A stretch of DNA of 64,000 nt from Podarcis pityusensis (lineage: Eukaryota). Position 1 is the first letter of the stretch. Every line of letters starts with the position of its first letter. Positions 63,390 to 64,000 of the stretch are shown here, one piece after another. Position numbers and translations under genes: made by a program. The stretch lies in the NCBI GenBank assembly GCA_964106645.2, contig OZ067041.1; one strand, 5' to 3'. The notes under the pieces are model-generated. The model saw nothing but the letters and a program-made list of their open reading frames with translations, made no database searches and was not told where the DNA came from.

Positions 63390-64000
63390 TTGATGTTTAG
63401 AGTCTCACCCTAGGATCAGCATGATAAAAATTTGTAATGCTAAAACTAATTGCTCCTTTTTGCAGTGTATCATTCTTCTTGTCTTGTAACGTTTTAAACC
63501 AAGTTCTGTAAGTAAAGCTTTAAAAAAATCTTATTTTAAAGAAGATTTATTTCTACACAAGGCTCAGACCAAAGACTATATTGGTGCTATATCTAACAGG
63601 TTATAGGCCCAGAACATTCTGGACACCCAAATCTACTGGACATATTTCTCGATCATCCAGTTCTCTGGATAGCCTGACATAGGATTTTATTTTTATTTTT
63701 TTTGTAAAGCTGCAGAACTACTGAACTACATACACACCAGTTTCCACATGCTTTCTCTTTCTCTTGACATAAAATCAGCATCTTGCAGCTAAGGGGTATT
63801 CATATGTGTATGAATCAAAGAACTATCATATCATATTAACAGCAAAGGCATGAGGCAAATGCATTTGTGCCCTGAAAACTAACTCTATGAAAATGGCAAC
63901 AATTATTCCATAGTTGTTGTCACATTGATTTTATTACTAAACTAACTAGGAAATTTCTTATGAGCAGGGAAGTTATCTCCGCTTTCAAACACTGTTTTCT

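Noticed and set aside
1-64000. CRISPR arrays, operons or other prokaryotic systems
   Set aside because: The window is vertebrate intronic DNA; no repeat-spacer structure or prokaryotic gene organisation is present.

Overview
Vertebrate genomic DNA, AT-rich and CpG-poor. The repeats (Sauria SINE, Squam3-like SINEs, BovB, CR1, L2, Penelope, hAT and Tc1/mariner MITEs) point to a squamate, most likely a lacertid lizard. The only host coding exon I can support is the 664-bp ligand-binding/Cys-rich exon (exon 3) of EPHA6 at 41479-42142 (+); the rest is most simply intronic. The main feature is an intact, very young Ty3/Gypsy chromovirus-type (sushi/PEG10-related) LTR retrotransposon at 31103-37675, antisense to EPHA6. 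It has a 5-bp TSD, 762-bp LTRs differing at one base, and uninterrupted gag and pol joined by a G GGA AAC -1 frameshift with a predicted pseudoknot. It has several unusual traits. There is no tRNA PBS, but there is a Tf1-like self-priming complement. The chromodomain lacks its aromatic cage. Pol continues for 370 aa, reading through the PPT and 211 codons into the 3' LTR. That tail carries acidic FxGF and D-x-F-G motifs resembling LEDGF/TFIIS-N-domain-binding motifs, a possible undescribed integration-targeting module (inference, untested). Repeat family names come from recall, not database searches.
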